Positions 19,750-21,202 of a DNA stretch of 21,202 nt are shown piece after piece. How positions within the stretch are numbered: the stretch's first letter is position 1; every line of letters starts with the position of its first letter. A program made the position numbers and the translations under genes. The notes beneath the pieces were generated by a model, which worked only from the letters and a program-made list of their open reading frames with translations, was not told where the DNA came from and ran no database searches. Source of the DNA: Psammoneis japonica (Eukaryota); NCBI GenBank assembly GCA_008632985.1, contig QPGO01000191.1, forward strand, positions 124,001-145,202, written 5' to 3'.

Positions 19750-19795
19750 AGGGACAAGGAGAGTCAGGGCGTGGGATGAAAAGGAACTTCAGCGC

Positions 19796-21202
19796 TGACC
19801 CACCGACCTGCCAACCCACCGACCCACCGACCCGCCGACCCACCAACCCGCCAACCTGCCGACCCGCCGACCTGCTGACCCACCGACCCGCCGACCCGCC
19901 AACCAACCAACCCGCCGACCCGCCGACCCGTCGACCCGTGGACCCACCGACCCACTGACCCACTGACCCACTGACCAACCAACCAAGGGATGTGATTTGA
20001 TGTCCAGCAATGAAGAAATCAGATGGGGCGCTCCGCCGACCCGCCGACCCACCGACCAGCCGACCCACCGACCCACTGACCCACCGACCCACCGACCCGC
20101 CGACCCACCAACCCACCGACCCGCCGACCCACCGACCCACCGACCCGCCGACCCGCCGACCCACCGACCCACCGACCTGCCGACCCACCGACCCGCTGAC
20201 CCACTGACCCGCCGACCCACTGACCCGCCGACCCACTGACCCGCCGACCCGCCGACCCACCGACCCACCGACCAGCCGACCTGCCGACCCGCCGACCCAC
20301 CAACCCATCAACNNNNNNNNNNNNNNNNNNNNNNNNNNNNNNNNNNNNNNNNNNNNNNNNNNNNTCAACCTGCCGACCCACCGACCCGCCGACCCACCGA
20401 CCCACTGACCCACCGACCCACCGACCCACCGACCCGCCGACCCGCCGACCCGCCAACCCACCGACCCGCCGACCCGCCGACCCACTGACCAGCCAACCAA
20501 GGGATGTGATTTGATGCCCAGCAATGAAGAAATTAGATGGGGCGCTCCGCCAACCTGACGACCCGCCGACCCGCCGACCCGCTGACCACCGACCCGCCGA
20601 CCCACCGACCCGCCGACCCGCCGACCTGCCAACCCACCGACCCACCAACCCACCGACCCGACGACCCACCGACCCACCGACCCGCCAACCCACCGACCCA
20701 CCGACCCACCAACCCGCCGACCCGCCAACCCACCTACCCACCGACCCACCGACCCGCCGACCCGCCAACCCACCGACCCACCGACCGCCGACCCGCCGAC
20801 CCACCGACCCACCGACCCACCGACCCACTGACCAACCAACCAAGGGATGTGATTTGATGTCCAGCAATGAAGAAATTGGATGGGGCACCCCGCCGACCCA
20901 CCGACCCACCGACCCACCGACCTGCCGACCCGCCGACCCGCCGACCCACCGACCGCCCACCGACCCACCGACCCGCCGACCCGCGACCCGCCGACCCGCC
21001 GACCCGCCAACCAACCAACCCGCCGACCCACCGACCTGCCGACCCGTCGACCCGTGGACCCACCGACCCACTGACCCACTGACCCACCAACCCACCGACC
21101 CACTGACCAACCAACCAAGGGATGTGATTTGATGTCCAGCAATGAAGAAATCAGATGGGGCGCTCCGCCGAACCCGCCGACCCACCGACGCAGCCGAACC
21201 CG
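19796..21202. repeat. Composite satellite: degenerate (CCGA-CCCR)n tracts punctuated by a conserved 49-bp motif; runs off the window end
   Basis: Motif CCAAGGGATGTGATTTGATGTCCAGCAATGAAGAAAT..GATGGGGC.C at 19983-20031, 20497-20545, 20840-20888 and 21115-21163, with a diverged copy at 16740-16788. Confidence 0.93.
20313..20364. other. Assembly gap (N run)
   Basis: Run of n. Confidence 1.

Noticed and set aside
19983..21163. CRISPR-like array (conserved 49-bp repeat with intervening sequence)
   Set aside because: Intervals are hundreds of bp of simple repeat with unequal length, not unique spacers; there are no cas genes and the context is eukaryotic.
19748..21185. Long G/R/V/W-rich and P/T/D-rich ORFs
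   Set aside because: They are translations of a tetranucleotide satellite that lacks stop codons.
1..21202. Classical fungal RIP
   Set aside because: RIP produces TpA excess and CpA deficit; the opposite is seen.

Overview
Eukaryotic, transposon-only window with no intact host gene. The copia element resembles diatom CoDi elements, so a diatom host is inferred. (1) A Ty1/copia LTR retrotransposon lies on the minus strand at 3034-13384, with 276-bp LTRs and a GTGCC target-site duplication (TSD). It interrupts an older transposon-like ORF whose C-terminus looks GIY-YIG-like. (2) A Sola2-type DNA transposon (4875-8656, perfect 26-bp TIRs, CGCA TSD, C-terminal SAP domain) is nested in the copia reverse transcriptase. 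(3) To the right are an 847-bp tandem duplication, a TA-flanked MITE-like element, an internally deleted piggyBac-like element with a convergent P2X7-C-terminal/KolX-like ORF, and a composite satellite. The most striking signal is mutational: TpA is almost erased from all repeats by TA->CA and TA->TG transitions, i.e. A->G at TpA on both strands. Conserved Tyr become His or Cys (YVDD->CVDD, KALYGL->KALHGL), while a ~0.7-kb island at 2070-2730 keeps normal TpA. This looks like a DNA-level, repeat-directed hypermutation running opposite to fungal RIP, superimposed on ordinary CpG decay. All counts are manual and approximate; family calls come from motif recognition, not database searches.
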